From: an uncultured Polaribacter sp.
GTDB taxonomy: Bacteria; Bacteroidota; Bacteroidia; Flavobacteriales; Flavobacteriaceae
DNA: 64,000 nt
Assembly: GCA_963975825.1 (NCBI GenBank)
Contig: CAXBIR010000001.1
Coordinates: forward strand, 26,699 to 90,698
Reading direction: 5' to 3'
The notes under the pieces were generated by a model. It was not told the origin of the DNA. It did no database searches and saw only the letters and a program-made list of their open reading frames with translations. A program made the translations under genes and the position numbers. The first letter of the stretch is position 1. Each line of letters starts with the position of its first letter. Positions 27,895 through 40,368 of the stretch are shown here, piece after piece.

Positions 27895-29358
27895 TTAATC
27901 GTAAATTATGTCTTCAACTTCTATTTTTTTGTCTTTAACAAAATCATATAAAGTTAATCTTCTAAGTGTGTAGTAGTCTACCCAAAATTTCTCTAAAGAA
28001 TTTAGGTATTGTAAAACAGATCTATCTTTTTCTTGTAAAGCTAGGTTTAAATCTGTGATGGTAATTTTACCTAAAATAAATCTCTTATTAGTAATTTCAT
28101 ATCTTTTGGTTGCAATGTCTTGTGCTTTTTTAGAGGTTTCTAAAAAATTACGCTGATTTTGCCAATTTAAAGTATGAAGATAAATTTCTTGTTCAAACTC
28201 TTGTTCATCTTGTGCTACATTGGTGTTTAGTAAATCTCTATTTGCTTCTACCAGTTTTCTTCTAGATTTAGAAACACCCCAATCTAATATTGGTATTCCA
28301 ACTCCTAAAGAGATGTTTTGTTGCTGGTTATAATCTTGAAAAAGTTCATTAAATACATTTCCTTGTTGCGATACACCAAAGTTTGCATTTAACCTTAATT
28401 GCAATCTATTGCTACCTTTTACTTCTGCAACCTCTTTATCTGCTTCTAATCTTTTTCTTCTAAATTCTATTACTGCTTTTCTGTTAGATTTTGCTTCTTC
28501 TAATGCTTTTTCTACCGTTACAGAAAATATTGATAGTTCTTTTGGTATATTTAATAGAAGATTTTCACTCTCTAAACTTAAATATCTAGATAGGTTTTGA
28601 GAACTTCTTTTAAAATCAATTTCGTTTGTAGTAACTGTATTTTGAGAGTTTAATACAGATAACTCTAGCTGTAATAGATCGTTTTCTGCAATTTTACCCA
28701 TTTTAAATCTTCCTTTAGCTATTTGAAACAATGTATCTTGATTAGATAAATTTGTTTGTGCAATTTTAGATTGAACTTGAGATTTTAATAAAGAAAAATA
28801 ACGTCTGCATGTGTTTAAAGAAATTTGCTCCATACTTTCTATAAAGCCTCTTTTTGCTTCTTCATAGATTAACGGTTCTATTTTTTTATCCCATTTAAAT
28901 TCATTGTAAAAAAGTGAATTTTGTCTATAATTTATAGAAAACGGAATAACAGAATAACCAGTTGTTGCATTGTCTCCAAAAACGTCAACTCTTTCTAATT
29001 GAGAACTTAAAGAAATTGTACCACCTGTTAAAGCAACATTTTGGTTTATTGATAACGCTGCATCTAAACTAGATTGATTTGAACGTACAAAAATATCTTG
29101 ACCACTGTCATTTGTTAATCTATTTACAGAATTAGAATATCTGGGTAAAGTTGCATCTAATCTTAACTGGGGTAAAAAACTTGCTTTGTATCTTCTGTAC
29201 CTCCAATAACTAGCCTGATTTTGATTTAATAAAGCCTTGTAGTCTGGAGATTTTTCTTGAGCAATTTTAATTGCTTCTTCTAAGGAAATAGACTTTTTTT
29301 CTTGCCCTACACTAATTCCTGTTACAAGAAAGCATAGAGATATTATAATTTTTTTCAT
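27895..29358 (-). CDS. TolC family outer-membrane efflux protein
   Basis: Signal peptide; SLEEAIKIA, GRFKMGKIAENDLLQLEL and RFILGKITITDL repeats. An alternative start lies at 29370. Confidence 0.85.
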   Translation of the reverse strand: MKKIIISLCFLVTGISVGQEKKSISLEEAIKIAQEKSPDYKALLNQNQASYWRYRRYKASFLPQLRLDATLPRYSNSVNRLTNDSGQDIFVRSNQSSLDAALSINQNVALTGGTISLSSQLERVDVFGDNATTGYSVIPFSINYRQNSLFYNEFKWDKKIEPLIYEEAKRGFIESMEQISLNTCRRYFSLLKSQVQSKIAQTNLSNQDTLFQIAKGRFKMGKIAENDLLQLELSVLNSQNTVTTNEIDFKRSSQNLSRYLSLESENLLLNIPKELSIFSVTVEKALEEAKSNRKAVIEFRRKRLEADKEVAEVKGSNRLQLRLNANFGVSQQGNVFNELFQDYNQQQNISLGVGIPILDWGVSKSRRKLVEANRDLLNTNVAQDEQEFEQEIYLHTLNWQNQRNFLETSKKAQDIATKRYEITNKRFILGKITITDLNLALQEKDRSVLQYLNSLEKFWVDYYTLRRLTLYDFVKDKKIEVEDIIYD

Positions 29359-29362
29359 AGTT

Positions 29363-30730
29363 TTATTCATGTCTAATAGCTTCAATAGGACTTTTGTTAG
29401 CAGCAGCTTTGGCAGGAGCGATTCCGAAAATTAAACCAATTAAAGTTGCTACAAAAAATGATAATAAAATAGAACTTAAAGATAAAATTGTTTCAATACC
29501 AGTTGTAACTTCTAAAATATAGGAAGCAAAAATGCCCAAAATAATTCCAATAATTCCACCACCAATACTAACCAAAACAGATTCTGTTAAAAATTGAAGA
29601 ATAACATCTTCTTGGGTAGCACCAATTGCTCTAATAATACCAATTTCTTTAGTTCTTTCTAAAACAGAAGCTAACATTATATTCATAATTCCAATACCAC
29701 CAATTAGCAAAGAAATTCCTGCAATAATACTTAATACAATATTAAATATTTGTTTAGTTTTTTGTTGTTGTTTTAAAAGTTGAATTGGTATAGAAATTTC
29801 AAAATCTAACATATCATTATGTCTTCTTTTCAACATTCTACTTAAAAGATCTGCAGTTGCGTTTAATTCTGAAGAATTATTAACTTGCACAACAAGTTTG
29901 TCTATTTGATGATAATTACCTCTAGGAATTCTTTTTTTTGGACCTTGTTGATTTCCCATAACGATAACACCACTTCCCAAGTCTAAAGGTTGATCGCTAA
30001 TAATTTTACGGTCTTTGTAACGAACTAGAAATGTTTTTATTGGTATATAAATATCTTGATTCATGTCTCTTATTCCTAAATTTTCTTGTGCATTTTCAGA
30101 AATAAACTTTTCTTCAATTACGCCGATAACTTGTAGCCAAACATCTTTAACTTTTATTTTTTTTCCAATGGCGCTTTCTCCAGTAAATAATTTCTTTTCA
30201 ATCTTTTTACCAATAACACAAACAGGAAGTGAGTTTTCTGCCTGTGCGTTAGAAAAGTTTTTTCCACTTTCTATGGTTATGTTTGAAGTTGCAAAAAAAT
30301 CTTTAGAGACTCCTATTAATTTAACAGGGCTTTGTCTTCCTTTTTTTATAACGTAGGTTTCTAAAACTATTTCTGGACTTACCGTTTTTACTGAAGGAAC
30401 ATTTTTTTGAATGCTAATTACATCTAGCATATCTAAGCCTTTAGAAAAACGTTTTGCAGATATTGCACCATCATCTGCTTCTTCTTCATTTTCATTATCC
30501 TTTTTGTCTGGAATAGGAGTAATTACAATGTTGTTAACACCAACTAATTCTAGTTGAGCTAAAATTTCTTTTTCTGCACCACTACCAATTGCAAGCATTG
30601 TTATTACTGCAGCAACACCAAAAATAATACCTAAAGACGTTAGTAGAGTTCTTATTTTGTTAGCTAGAATAACACGAACAGCTTCACTAAAATTAGATTT
30701 TAATTTTTCAATATAGATTTTGTCTATCAT
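29363..30730 (-). CDS. MacB/FtsX-type ABC transporter permease (no ATPase domain)
   Basis: RTLLTSLGIIFGVAAVITM, GGIGIMNIMLASVLERTKEIG and AAANKSPIEAIRHE. Confidence 0.9.
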   Translation of the reverse strand: MIDKIYIEKLKSNFSEAVRVILANKIRTLLTSLGIIFGVAAVITMLAIGSGAEKEILAQLELVGVNNIVITPIPDKKDNENEEEADDGAISAKRFSKGLDMLDVISIQKNVPSVKTVSPEIVLETYVIKKGRQSPVKLIGVSKDFFATSNITIESGKNFSNAQAENSLPVCVIGKKIEKKLFTGESAIGKKIKVKDVWLQVIGVIEEKFISENAQENLGIRDMNQDIYIPIKTFLVRYKDRKIISDQPLDLGSGVIVMGNQQGPKKRIPRGNYHQIDKLVVQVNNSSELNATADLLSRMLKRRHNDMLDFEISIPIQLLKQQQKTKQIFNIVLSIIAGISLLIGGIGIMNIMLASVLERTKEIGIIRAIGATQEDVILQFLTESVLVSIGGGIIGIILGIFASYILEVTTGIETILSLSSILLSFFVATLIGLIFGIAPAKAAANKSPIEAIRHE

Positions 30731-30738
30731 AAGAAAAA

Positions 30739-31986
30739 CTAATTTAATTTGGCTATTTGTTCTTTATCATAACCTTCTGGTTTGTTTAAATATACAATAT
30801 CATTTTCTGCTAAACCTTCTGTTATTATTACAGAATCATTGTTAGAAATGCCTATTTTTATTTCTTGCTTAGTTACAGAAAAGCCAGATTTTTTATATAC
30901 GTAAGTTGTAGATTCTTTAGAAAAAACAGCTTCTAAAGGAATACTTAAAACATCTTTTCTTTCAAAAGTTAATATTCTATTAGAAGTTGTCATTCCTGGT
31001 CTAATACTATTGTCATAACCCTTTAAAAGTATCATTACTTGAAAAACTTTAATATCAGAACCTCTTTTCTTTTCTCCAACATTAGCTACACTTGTAACAG
31101 TCCCTTCTAGTTCAATATCAGGAAAAGCATCAAAACCAACCTTTACAGGTAAGCCTTTTTTAATTTTTCTAATATCTACTTCATTAGCATATGTTTTAGA
31201 TTCCATCTTAGTTAAATCTGGTAAACTAGCTATAGAAGGATCCCAAGGGCTAATGCTAGAACCTACTTTCTTTTTAGAACCATCCCAATTTTTGTCATAA
31301 GTAATCATTCCATTACCATCAGAATAAATAGTAAAAGATTTTAATAGATCTAATAAATCTGTTAGTTTTTTATTTATTTTAGAAACTTGATTACCAACTT
31401 CTACCATTTTAGCATTGGCTTGTCTCTTTTTTATTATGTAGTTTTCTAATTTCTCAGTTAATCCTCTTTCAGATTTTTCTAAACTAATTTCTAGTTTTTT
31501 AATGGTTGCTGGTGGTTCATATATAGATTGTTTTAGTTCTAGTTTGGTTTCTTCCATGCTAAAACGTAAATCTTTTATAGAATTTCTTTCTTGCTTTAAA
31601 GATAATGTTGTGTCTAATTGTTGTTGTGTGTATTTAGATCTAGCTGTTTCTAAATTTAAACGCGCATCTAATATTTGCTCATTTACACTACTTGGATCTA
31701 GCCTACCAACGTAGTCTCCTTTTTTTACAATAGTACCTTCTGCAACTAAATCTTGAATTTTTAGATTATTTAATCTAAACTTTCTAAGGTTATTTGGGCC
31801 ATTTATTTTTTTAGAACTTGTAGATTGTGCTTCTCCAGATGTAATTACTTCACTTATAAAATTTCCTTTTATAGCTTTTGCTTCAAGGTAAGTTTTATCG
31901 TCTACAGAAGGTAAAAAGTAGCTGTAAATTATATACACAGCAATTACTGTTGCTATAGATATTATAGCAATTTTTTTCTTAGTCAT
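30739..31986 (-). CDS. Efflux RND/MacA-type periplasmic adaptor subunit
   Basis: N-terminal TM anchor, biotinyl-lipoyl halves (EGTIVKKGD; KKVGSSI), coiled coil and IRPGMT. Confidence 0.85.
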   Translation of the reverse strand: MTKKKIAIISIATVIAVYIIYSYFLPSVDDKTYLEAKAIKGNFISEVITSGEAQSTSSKKINGPNNLRKFRLNNLKIQDLVAEGTIVKKGDYVGRLDPSSVNEQILDARLNLETARSKYTQQQLDTTLSLKQERNSIKDLRFSMEETKLELKQSIYEPPATIKKLEISLEKSERGLTEKLENYIIKKRQANAKMVEVGNQVSKINKKLTDLLDLLKSFTIYSDGNGMITYDKNWDGSKKKVGSSISPWDPSIASLPDLTKMESKTYANEVDIRKIKKGLPVKVGFDAFPDIELEGTVTSVANVGEKKRGSDIKVFQVMILLKGYDNSIRPGMTTSNRILTFERKDVLSIPLEAVFSKESTTYVYKKSGFSVTKQEIKIGISNNDSVIITEGLAENDIVYLNKPEGYDKEQIAKLN

Positions 31987-32019
31987 TAGTTTTTGGTTTG
32001 ATTAATAACCAAAGCTAAC

Positions 32020-32046
32020 AAAAAAAGAGTGCTAGTTAGCACTCTT
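32020..32046 (-). terminator. Intrinsic terminator after icd
   Basis: AAGAGTGCT-AGTT-AGCACTCTT with an upstream A-run. Confidence 0.75.
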
Positions 32047-32075
32047 AATGTTAATGTTTTATGAAAATTTTAAGA

Positions 32076-34322
<2,247 letters not shown>

Positions 34323-34597
34323 TTATACTTTTAACGAAATGGTTTTCGTAAAAAAAGCGTAGCAAATTTATGAATTTAATATCATTTTTTTGTTGATTAA
34401 TTGTTATTAATTCAACTGATTTTATGTGTATTTGATAATAAATTAAGGGTATTTTTAAGAATTTCTGTTTATGTTAAAATTATAGAATTATGGGTCTTAT
34501 TTTAAAGGTTTACTGTCTTAATTAAAATGTAATTTAGACTATTTAATAATATAAGAAAATTACATATTTAAGTCTGTGCTATTAAATTATTAGACAC

Positions 34598-34630
34598 AAA
34601 AAAAAGCGTTGTAATTATACAACGCTTTTT
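34598..34630 (-). terminator. Intrinsic terminator after rplS
   Basis: AAAAAGCGTTGTA-ATTA-TACAACGCTTTTT. Confidence 0.85.
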
Positions 34631-34652
34631 AGTTTTTTTATAAGTTGAAGAA

Positions 34653-35003
34653 TTATCTTCTTTTTTCAGTAATTCTAGCTTTTTTACCAGTAAGACCTCT
34701 AAAGTAAAAGATTCTTGCTCTACGAACTTTACCTCTTTTGTTAACTTCAATCTTTTGAATAGAAGGTAAGTTTACAGGGAAAATTCTTTCAACACCTACA
34801 GTACCAGACATTTTTCTGATTGTAAAAGTTTCTGAAGCTGCAACTCCTTTTCTTTGAATAACTACACCTCTAAAAAACTGAGTACGTACTTTTTCTCCTT
34901 CCTTAATTTCGTAATAAACAGTGATTGTATCACCAGCTCCAAATTCTGCAAATTCTTTTCTTGCTACGAATTCGTCTTGTACAAACTTTACTAAAGCTTC
35001 CAT
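34653..35003 (-). CDS. rplS: 50S ribosomal protein L19
   Basis: FGAGDTITV, FTIRKMSGTVGVERIFP and RGKVRRARIFY. Confidence 0.97.
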   Translation of the reverse strand: MEALVKFVQDEFVARKEFAEFGAGDTITVYYEIKEGEKVRTQFFRGVVIQRKGVAASETFTIRKMSGTVGVERIFPVNLPSIQKIEVNKRGKVRRARIFYFRGLTGKKARITEKRR

Positions 35004-35024
35004 ATTTTTTTATTTAATTAGTTT

Positions 35025-35069
35025 TGTAAAATAACGTTCACGATTTTTTCGTCAGAGGTTAATTTAGCG
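35025..35069 (-). promoter_or_regulatory. Candidate rplS 5' leader (L19-Flavobacteria r-leader-like)
   Basis: Minus strand AACCTCTG-ACGA-AAAAA-TCGT-GAACGTT small hairpin between the promoter and the ATG. The family match is from recall and was not computed. Confidence 0.4.
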
Positions 35070-35073
35070 TTTG

Positions 35074-35081
35074 CAAAAGTA
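35074..35081 (-). promoter_or_regulatory. -7 TAnnTTTG promoter of rplS
   Basis: Minus strand TACTTTTG followed by CA. Confidence 0.55.
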
Positions 35082-35115
35082 GTACTTTTTTTTTGTTGAT
35101 AAAATTAAAATTCAA

Positions 35116-36594
35116 CTATTTTTTAGGTTGATAGTCAGTACAATAGAAAACCCAAAATTTTCTGCTTTCTTTTCCGTTTATTTTTATAATAATAGGTTCT
35201 AATTCAGTTACTTCTTTAAAGTTTACTGTTAATAGAGAATTAATTTCACCTAATTTATTATTGTTTTTAAAACGTTTGTCTGAATCTATAAAAATGGCGT
35301 TTTTACCTTTTAAAGTAGTTAAATTATCACCTAAATAATCAAAATGTAATGCAGGTAAACCTATAATGTTTTGTGCATAAACTTTTTCTTCCATAAAAAA
35401 GTTTAAACACGCAGAGGTTTTATAATTATCATTAGAAAAAATAAAAGTATTAGGTTCTTTTTCCTTTATATTTTCTATTTCAAGAGCCAACTCTTTCCAG
35501 CCAACCCAAGTATCGTCACTTTTTATTGGTACTAGATAAAAGATAATTTGTAAGCCAACCAACACATGAAAAACAATAGATATAATAATCTGAATTTTTA
35601 ATAGTTTTTTGCTAATAAACATTCCTGCAATTATAACTCCTGTAATATAAGAAGGCATCATCCAATTTAATTTTACCCAATAAATAGGAGTTAGTAAAAA
35701 GAATCCTAAAAAAGTTGGAATAAAAAAAGCTAATAAAAATAAAGTTTTGGCGTTAGGAAGTTTAAATTTTAATAAAGCTCTTTTACAATATTTAAAAGTG
35801 AACGTAATAAAGATTAAAAATAAAACAGGTAGTAACAAAAACATTTGATGACCAACTGCTCCAAAGAAATTTTTAGGAGATATTTTAAATTCTGAAATAG
35901 AACTTGTTCTTTCTGAAGACTGAAAAGCAAAAGAAGCAAACTCGTTTTGATAGTTCCAATACCAAACCGGAAATGTAACTGCAGCAGAAATTAATAATGA
36001 TAACCACAACCAAGGAGATAATAAGAGTTTTCTGTACTTATTAGAAAATGCTAAGAAAGCAATTAAGCCAATTTGCAATAATAGTGCAGTATATTTACTA
36101 TCGAAAGCCAATCCCATTGCTATTCCTCCAAAAATAAAAAACCATTTCTTTTCTTCAAAAATTGCTTTGTATAAACAAATTAAGCTTAATGTCCAGAATA
36201 ATAATAAAGGTACATCTGGTGTAGAATTAAAGGATAAAATGGAAATAAATATGGTAGAAGTTAATAAGACAAATGCTTTTTGAAGTTTGTTTTTAGATAA
36301 AAAATAAGATGCTAGTTTGTAAAAACTAAGAATAGTTAAAGATGTAATAAAGAAGTCTGCAAATTTTACAACAAAAATAGAAGTTCCAAAAATATCTGTA
36401 AAAAACCTTAAAATATAACCAATCATTCCTGGATGATCGAAATAAGAAAGAGATAAATTCTGACCGTATAAATAATAGTACGCATCTTGTGGCATTAAGC
36501 CCATAAATGGTAATAAAAGCAATCTAAATAACTGAAAACCTAAAACCCAAGAAATTGCTTTGTTATTCTTTATAAATCTTTTTAGTGTTTCCAA
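35116..36594 (-). CDS. GT-C fold glycosyltransferase, family 39/83 (ArnT/PMT-like)
   Basis: TTG start; PQDAYY, SYFDHPGM, TPDVPL and SKYTA motifs; multiple TM helices. Confidence 0.85.
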   Translation of the reverse strand: METLKRFIKNNKAISWVLGFQLFRLLLLPFMGLMPQDAYYYLYGQNLSLSYFDHPGMIGYILRFFTDIFGTSIFVVKFADFFITSLTILSFYKLASYFLSKNKLQKAFVLLTSTIFISILSFNSTPDVPLLLFWTLSLICLYKAIFEEKKWFFIFGGIAMGLAFDSKYTALLLQIGLIAFLAFSNKYRKLLLSPWLWLSLLISAAVTFPVWYWNYQNEFASFAFQSSERTSSISEFKISPKNFFGAVGHQMFLLLPVLFLIFITFTFKYCKRALLKFKLPNAKTLFLLAFFIPTFLGFFLLTPIYWVKLNWMMPSYITGVIIAGMFISKKLLKIQIIISIVFHVLVGLQIIFYLVPIKSDDTWVGWKELALEIENIKEKEPNTFIFSNDNYKTSACLNFFMEEKVYAQNIIGLPALHFDYLGDNLTTLKGKNAIFIDSDKRFKNNNKLGEINSLLTVNFKEVTELEPIIIKINGKESRKFWVFYCTDYQPKK

Positions 36595-36626
36595 TTTTTT
36601 TGCTTTAATTATTTTAATTTAAAATT

Positions 36627-37310
36627 TTATAAAGTTTCATCTAATAAGTCTGGTCTTATCTGTTTAGTTCTTTCGTAAGCTTGATCGCTTCTCCAGTCTT
36701 CAATTTTAGGAAAATTCCCAGACAATAAAATTTCTGGAACCTTAGTTCCTTCAAAATCTGAAGGTCTAGTATATACTGGTGGAGATAATAAGTTGTCTTG
36801 AAAAGAATCTGTAAGTGCAGATTGCTCGTCTCCAATTACACCAGGTATTAAACGTACTACTGCGTCTACTAAAACTGCAGCAGCCAACTCGCCACCTGTT
36901 AAAACATAATCTCCAATAGAAATTTCTTTAGTAATAAATAATTCTCTAATTCTATGATCTACACCTTTATAATGTCCTGTTAAAATTAAAATATTTTCTT
37001 TTAATGAAAGTGTATTTGCTGTAGATTGATTTAAGGTTTTTGCATCTGGTGTCATATAAATAATTTCATCATATGTTCTTTCAGATTGTAGTTTTCTTAT
37101 ACAGTTAGCAATAGGTTCAATCATCATTACCATTCCTGCACCGCCACCAAATTGTGTGTCATCTATTTGTTTGTAATTACCTAAACCATAAGCACGTAAA
37201 TCGTGAATTATAATTTCTGCCAAACCTTTTTCTTTAGCACGTTTAATTATTGAATGATTAAACGGACTTTCTAATAAATCTGGGGCAACTGAAATAATAT
37301 CTATTCGCAT
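36627..37310 (-). CDS. trmD: tRNA (guanine37-N1)-methyltransferase
   Basis: [30 protein letters not shown] and LSGNF motifs. Confidence 0.96.
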   Translation of the reverse strand: MRIDIISVAPDLLESPFNHSIIKRAKEKGLAEIIIHDLRAYGLGNYKQIDDTQFGGGAGMVMMIEPIANCIRKLQSERTYDEIIYMTPDAKTLNQSTANTLSLKENILILTGHYKGVDHRIRELFITKEISIGDYVLTGGELAAAVLVDAVVRLIPGVIGDEQSALTDSFQDNLLSPPVYTRPSDFEGTKVPEILLSGNFPKIEDWRSDQAYERTKQIRPDLLDETL

Positions 37311-37314
37311 TCTG

Positions 37315-37322
37315 CAAATGTA
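37315..37322 (-). promoter_or_regulatory. -7 element placing the TSS at about the trmD ATG (possibly leaderless)
   Basis: Minus strand TACATTTG-CAGA-ATG. Confidence 0.5.
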
Positions 37323-37627
37323 GGTTTTTTAATGATTTTGTTAAAAATAAATAAAAATAGAAATATAATTTTAATTAGTAAGTTTTGTTCTCTATTGGTG
37401 GTAATTAATATTATATTAAAATTCATAGAATGTTTTTTAGTATAAATATGATAAGAAATTTTACTTCTAGATTATACCTTTGTTTTATTCTCTTTTTGAC
37501 AAAAAAAATCTTGAGATAAAACTACTATTTTCTTTAATTTCACACAATAAAATTCTTTTTAGAAACTAGGTTTAAAAAGGCTTAAAAAAAATATTTTTTT
37601 TTACCTTTAAAGTTCAATACCATACCT

Positions 37628-38482
37628 ATGAATTTAGACGAATACAAAGTTTCTAAACAAATTAAACTAACAGATTTTAAAACAAAAATAGTTTTAGAAG
37701 ACGCTGAGAAAAAACTTAAAAAGCTACGAAAAAAAATAAGTAAATTACAAGATGCAATGTATGCTGAAGGTAAATATAGTGTATTAATTTGTTTACAAGG
37801 TATGGATACTTCTGGTAAGGACAGCTTAATTAGAGAGGTTTTTAAAGATGTAAATGCACGTGGTGTAGAAGTACACAGTTTTAAAGTACCAACAGAATTA
37901 GAGTTGAAACATGATTTTATGTGGAGACATTATATAGCTTTGCCAGCTAAAGGTAAAATAGGTGTTTTTAACAGAACCCATTATGAAAATGTGTTGGTAA
38001 CAAGAGTGCATCCAGAATATGTTTTTGGAGAAAATATTCCAAACGTAAAAAGTTTAGAAGATTTAGATGACGCTTTTTATCATGATAGAATGGAAAGAAT
38101 AAATGATTTTGAAAGTCATTTAGAAAAAAACGGAACAATTGTTTTAAAATTCTTTTTAAATTTATCTAAAGACGAACAAAAAAACAGATTGCTAAGAAGA
38201 TTAAATATTCCTGAAAAGAATTGGAAATTTTCTGCAGGAGATTTAAAGGAACGTAAATTGTGGGACAAATATCAGTTCTGTTATGAAGATTTATTAAATA
38301 GAACATCTAAAGAAAAGGCACCTTGGTTTATAGTACCTGCAGATGACAAACCTTCAGCTAGATATATTTTAGCAGAAATTTTATTAGAAGAATTAAAAAA
38401 ATGTAATTTTAAAGAACCAGTACTTTCTGCAAAAGTTCAGGCGCAAGTATCAGAATTTAAAGAACAATTAAATAACGAGTAG
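37628..38482 (+). CDS. ppk2: Polyphosphate kinase 2 family (class III-like)
   Basis: QGMDTSGKD Walker A, NRTHYE Walker B, WKFS and APWFIVPADDK. Confidence 0.88.
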   Translation: MNLDEYKVSKQIKLTDFKTKIVLEDAEKKLKKLRKKISKLQDAMYAEGKYSVLICLQGMDTSGKDSLIREVFKDVNARGVEVHSFKVPTELELKHDFMWRHYIALPAKGKIGVFNRTHYENVLVTRVHPEYVFGENIPNVKSLEDLDDAFYHDRMERINDFESHLEKNGTIVLKFFLNLSKDEQKNRLLRRLNIPEKNWKFSAGDLKERKLWDKYQFCYEDLLNRTSKEKAPWFIVPADDKPSARYILAEILLEELKKCNFKEPVLSAKVQAQVSEFKEQLNNE

Positions 38483-38545
38483 AATTTTTTTCAATTAAAA
38501 CTTAATAAGAAATTTAAGTTTTAACAGAAAAATTAAATAAAAGAA

Positions 38546-39373
38546 ATGAATTTAAATTTAAAACAACCTATAGTATTTTTCGATTTAGAAACTACAGGAG
38601 TTAATATAGCAACAGATAGAATTGTAGAAATAGCAATCTTAAAAGTATTTCCTAACGGAAATAAAGAAAGCAAAACTTGGTTGGTAAATCCTGAAAGAGA
38701 AATACCACAAGCTTCTATTGATGTTCATGGAATAACAAATGAAAAAGTAGTAGCAGAACCAACTTTTAAAGAATTGGCACAAGAAGTTAGTAAAATGATT
38801 GCTGGTTGCGATTTGGCAGGTTTTAATTCTAATAGATTCGATATTCCATTATTAGCAGAAGAATTAATGCGTGCAGGAATAGATTTTGATATGAATGGTA
38901 GAAAAGCCATTGATGTACAAGTTATATTTCATAAAAAAGAACAAAGAACATTAAGTGCTGGTTACCAATTTTATTGCGGTAAAGAATTAGAAGGAGCTCA
39001 TGGTGCAGAAGCAGATACCAATGCAACTTATGAAATTTTATTAGCGCAATTAGATAAATACGATGATATAGAAAACTCTGTAGACGCTTTAAGTGAATTT
39101 TCTACACATGGAGAAAGAGCAGATTTTGCAGGTTTTATTTTAATGAATGAAGAAAAACAAGAGATTTTTTCTTTCGGAAAATATAAAGGAAGAACAGTAG
39201 AAGAAGTTTTTAAAGAAAACCCAGGTTATAATAATTGGATGCAAAATGCAGATTTTCCATTATACACAAAAAAGGTTTTAAATGAAATTAAAAAAAGAAT
39301 GTCTGCCCCAAAAGAAACCATGTCTGATGCTGAAAAATTACAAGCATTGCAACAAAAGTTTAATTTAAGATAA
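38546..39373 (+). CDS. DEDDh 3'-5' exonuclease (DnaQ-like)
   Basis: FDLETTG, GFNSNRFD and HGAEAD; C-terminal FGKYKG motif. Confidence 0.88.
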   Translation: MNLNLKQPIVFFDLETTGVNIATDRIVEIAILKVFPNGNKESKTWLVNPEREIPQASIDVHGITNEKVVAEPTFKELAQEVSKMIAGCDLAGFNSNRFDIPLLAEELMRAGIDFDMNGRKAIDVQVIFHKKEQRTLSAGYQFYCGKELEGAHGAEADTNATYEILLAQLDKYDDIENSVDALSEFSTHGERADFAGFILMNEEKQEIFSFGKYKGRTVEEVFKENPGYNNWMQNADFPLYTKKVLNEIKKRMSAPKETMSDAEKLQALQQKFNLR

Positions 39374-39449
39374 TTACTTTGTTGTTTTATTTAAGCAGAT
39401 TTTTCTTTTGAAACAGATGAATTAAAAAACTTTATTAAAAATAAATAAG

Positions 39450-40328
39450 ATGAATAAACTAATTTTCTTTTTACTAATCAGTTCGCAGTTATTTGGTCAG
39501 AAAATAAATTTTAGCGGAAAATTACTAGATTTAGATACCAAAGAACCTGTAGTTTATGCAAATATTAGTTTTTTAAATTCTAATAAAGGAATTTCATCAC
39601 AAGAAAACGGTGCATTTAATTTATTAATAGATAAAAAATATTTAGAATCTAAAATTCATATTTCTTGTCTAAATTATAAAGACACTATTGTTAATGCAAA
39701 AGATTTACACAAGAATACCTTGTTTTTAAAACCAGTTTCAGAGGTTTTAGAAGAAATTATTTTAACAAAAAAAATAGAAAGAAGCGTTACGTTAGATGAA
39801 GTAAAAAAGAAAGTAGAAGCAGTACATACTTCTGGAATGAGAATGATTGCTAAATATTTTCCAAGTTCTAAGAAAACGGAATGCTGTAATTATATTTCTA
39901 CTATAGAAATTCATTTTTCTAAAAGACATTCTAAACAATCTAAATTTAGATTTAGAATATTTAATAAAGATGAAAAAACAGGATTACCTAAAGACGATTT
40001 ATTAAAAGTGAACTTGCCATTAGTTTTAAAAGAAGGGGAATTAAAGTTAACTGTAAATTTAGAAGCATATGATATTGAAATGCCAAAAGATGGTTTATTT
40101 GTTGCTTTCGAAAAACTGTTTATTCCCTTTAATGAATATGGAGAAGATGTAAATAATCCTGAAGCTGAAACTTATTATTCGCCAGTTGTAGGTTTTACAA
40201 AATATCCTAAAAAGAAAGAAAATATGCTGTATTTGTATGTGAAAGGAAAATGGCAAAAATCTCCTTTAACTAAAATAAAGCATTTTAAAAAATATGCGCC
40301 TGCAATATCAGTAACGCTAACAAATTAA
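39450..40328 (+). CDS. Exported protein with CarboxypepD_reg-like domain
   Basis: Signal peptide; SGKLLDLDTKEPVVYANI...G.F.L...ISCLNY pattern. Confidence 0.75.
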   Translation: MNKLIFFLLISSQLFGQKINFSGKLLDLDTKEPVVYANISFLNSNKGISSQENGAFNLLIDKKYLESKIHISCLNYKDTIVNAKDLHKNTLFLKPVSEVLEEIILTKKIERSVTLDEVKKKVEAVHTSGMRMIAKYFPSSKKTECCNYISTIEIHFSKRHSKQSKFRFRIFNKDEKTGLPKDDLLKVNLPLVLKEGELKLTVNLEAYDIEMPKDGLFVAFEKLFIPFNEYGEDVNNPEAETYYSPVVGFTKYPKKKENMLYLYVKGKWQKSPLTKIKHFKKYAPAISVTLTN

Positions 40329-40368
40329 TAAAGTGCTTTAACAAAAGCACAATTAAACGACTTTAAAT

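Noticed and set aside
34568-34750. 60-aa ORF MKLTKEVKF...
   Set aside because: It overlaps rplS in antisense and spans its terminator; a shadow ORF.
37628-38482. PPK2 as the AMP-recycling partner of the dikinase
   Set aside because: It lies 15 kb away with housekeeping genes in between; nothing in the sequence links the two.
38495-38524. Palindrome TTAAAACTTAA...TTAAGTTTTAA between ppk2 and the exonuclease
   Set aside because: Almost entirely A/T with no U-tract; such repeats are expected by chance at this composition.
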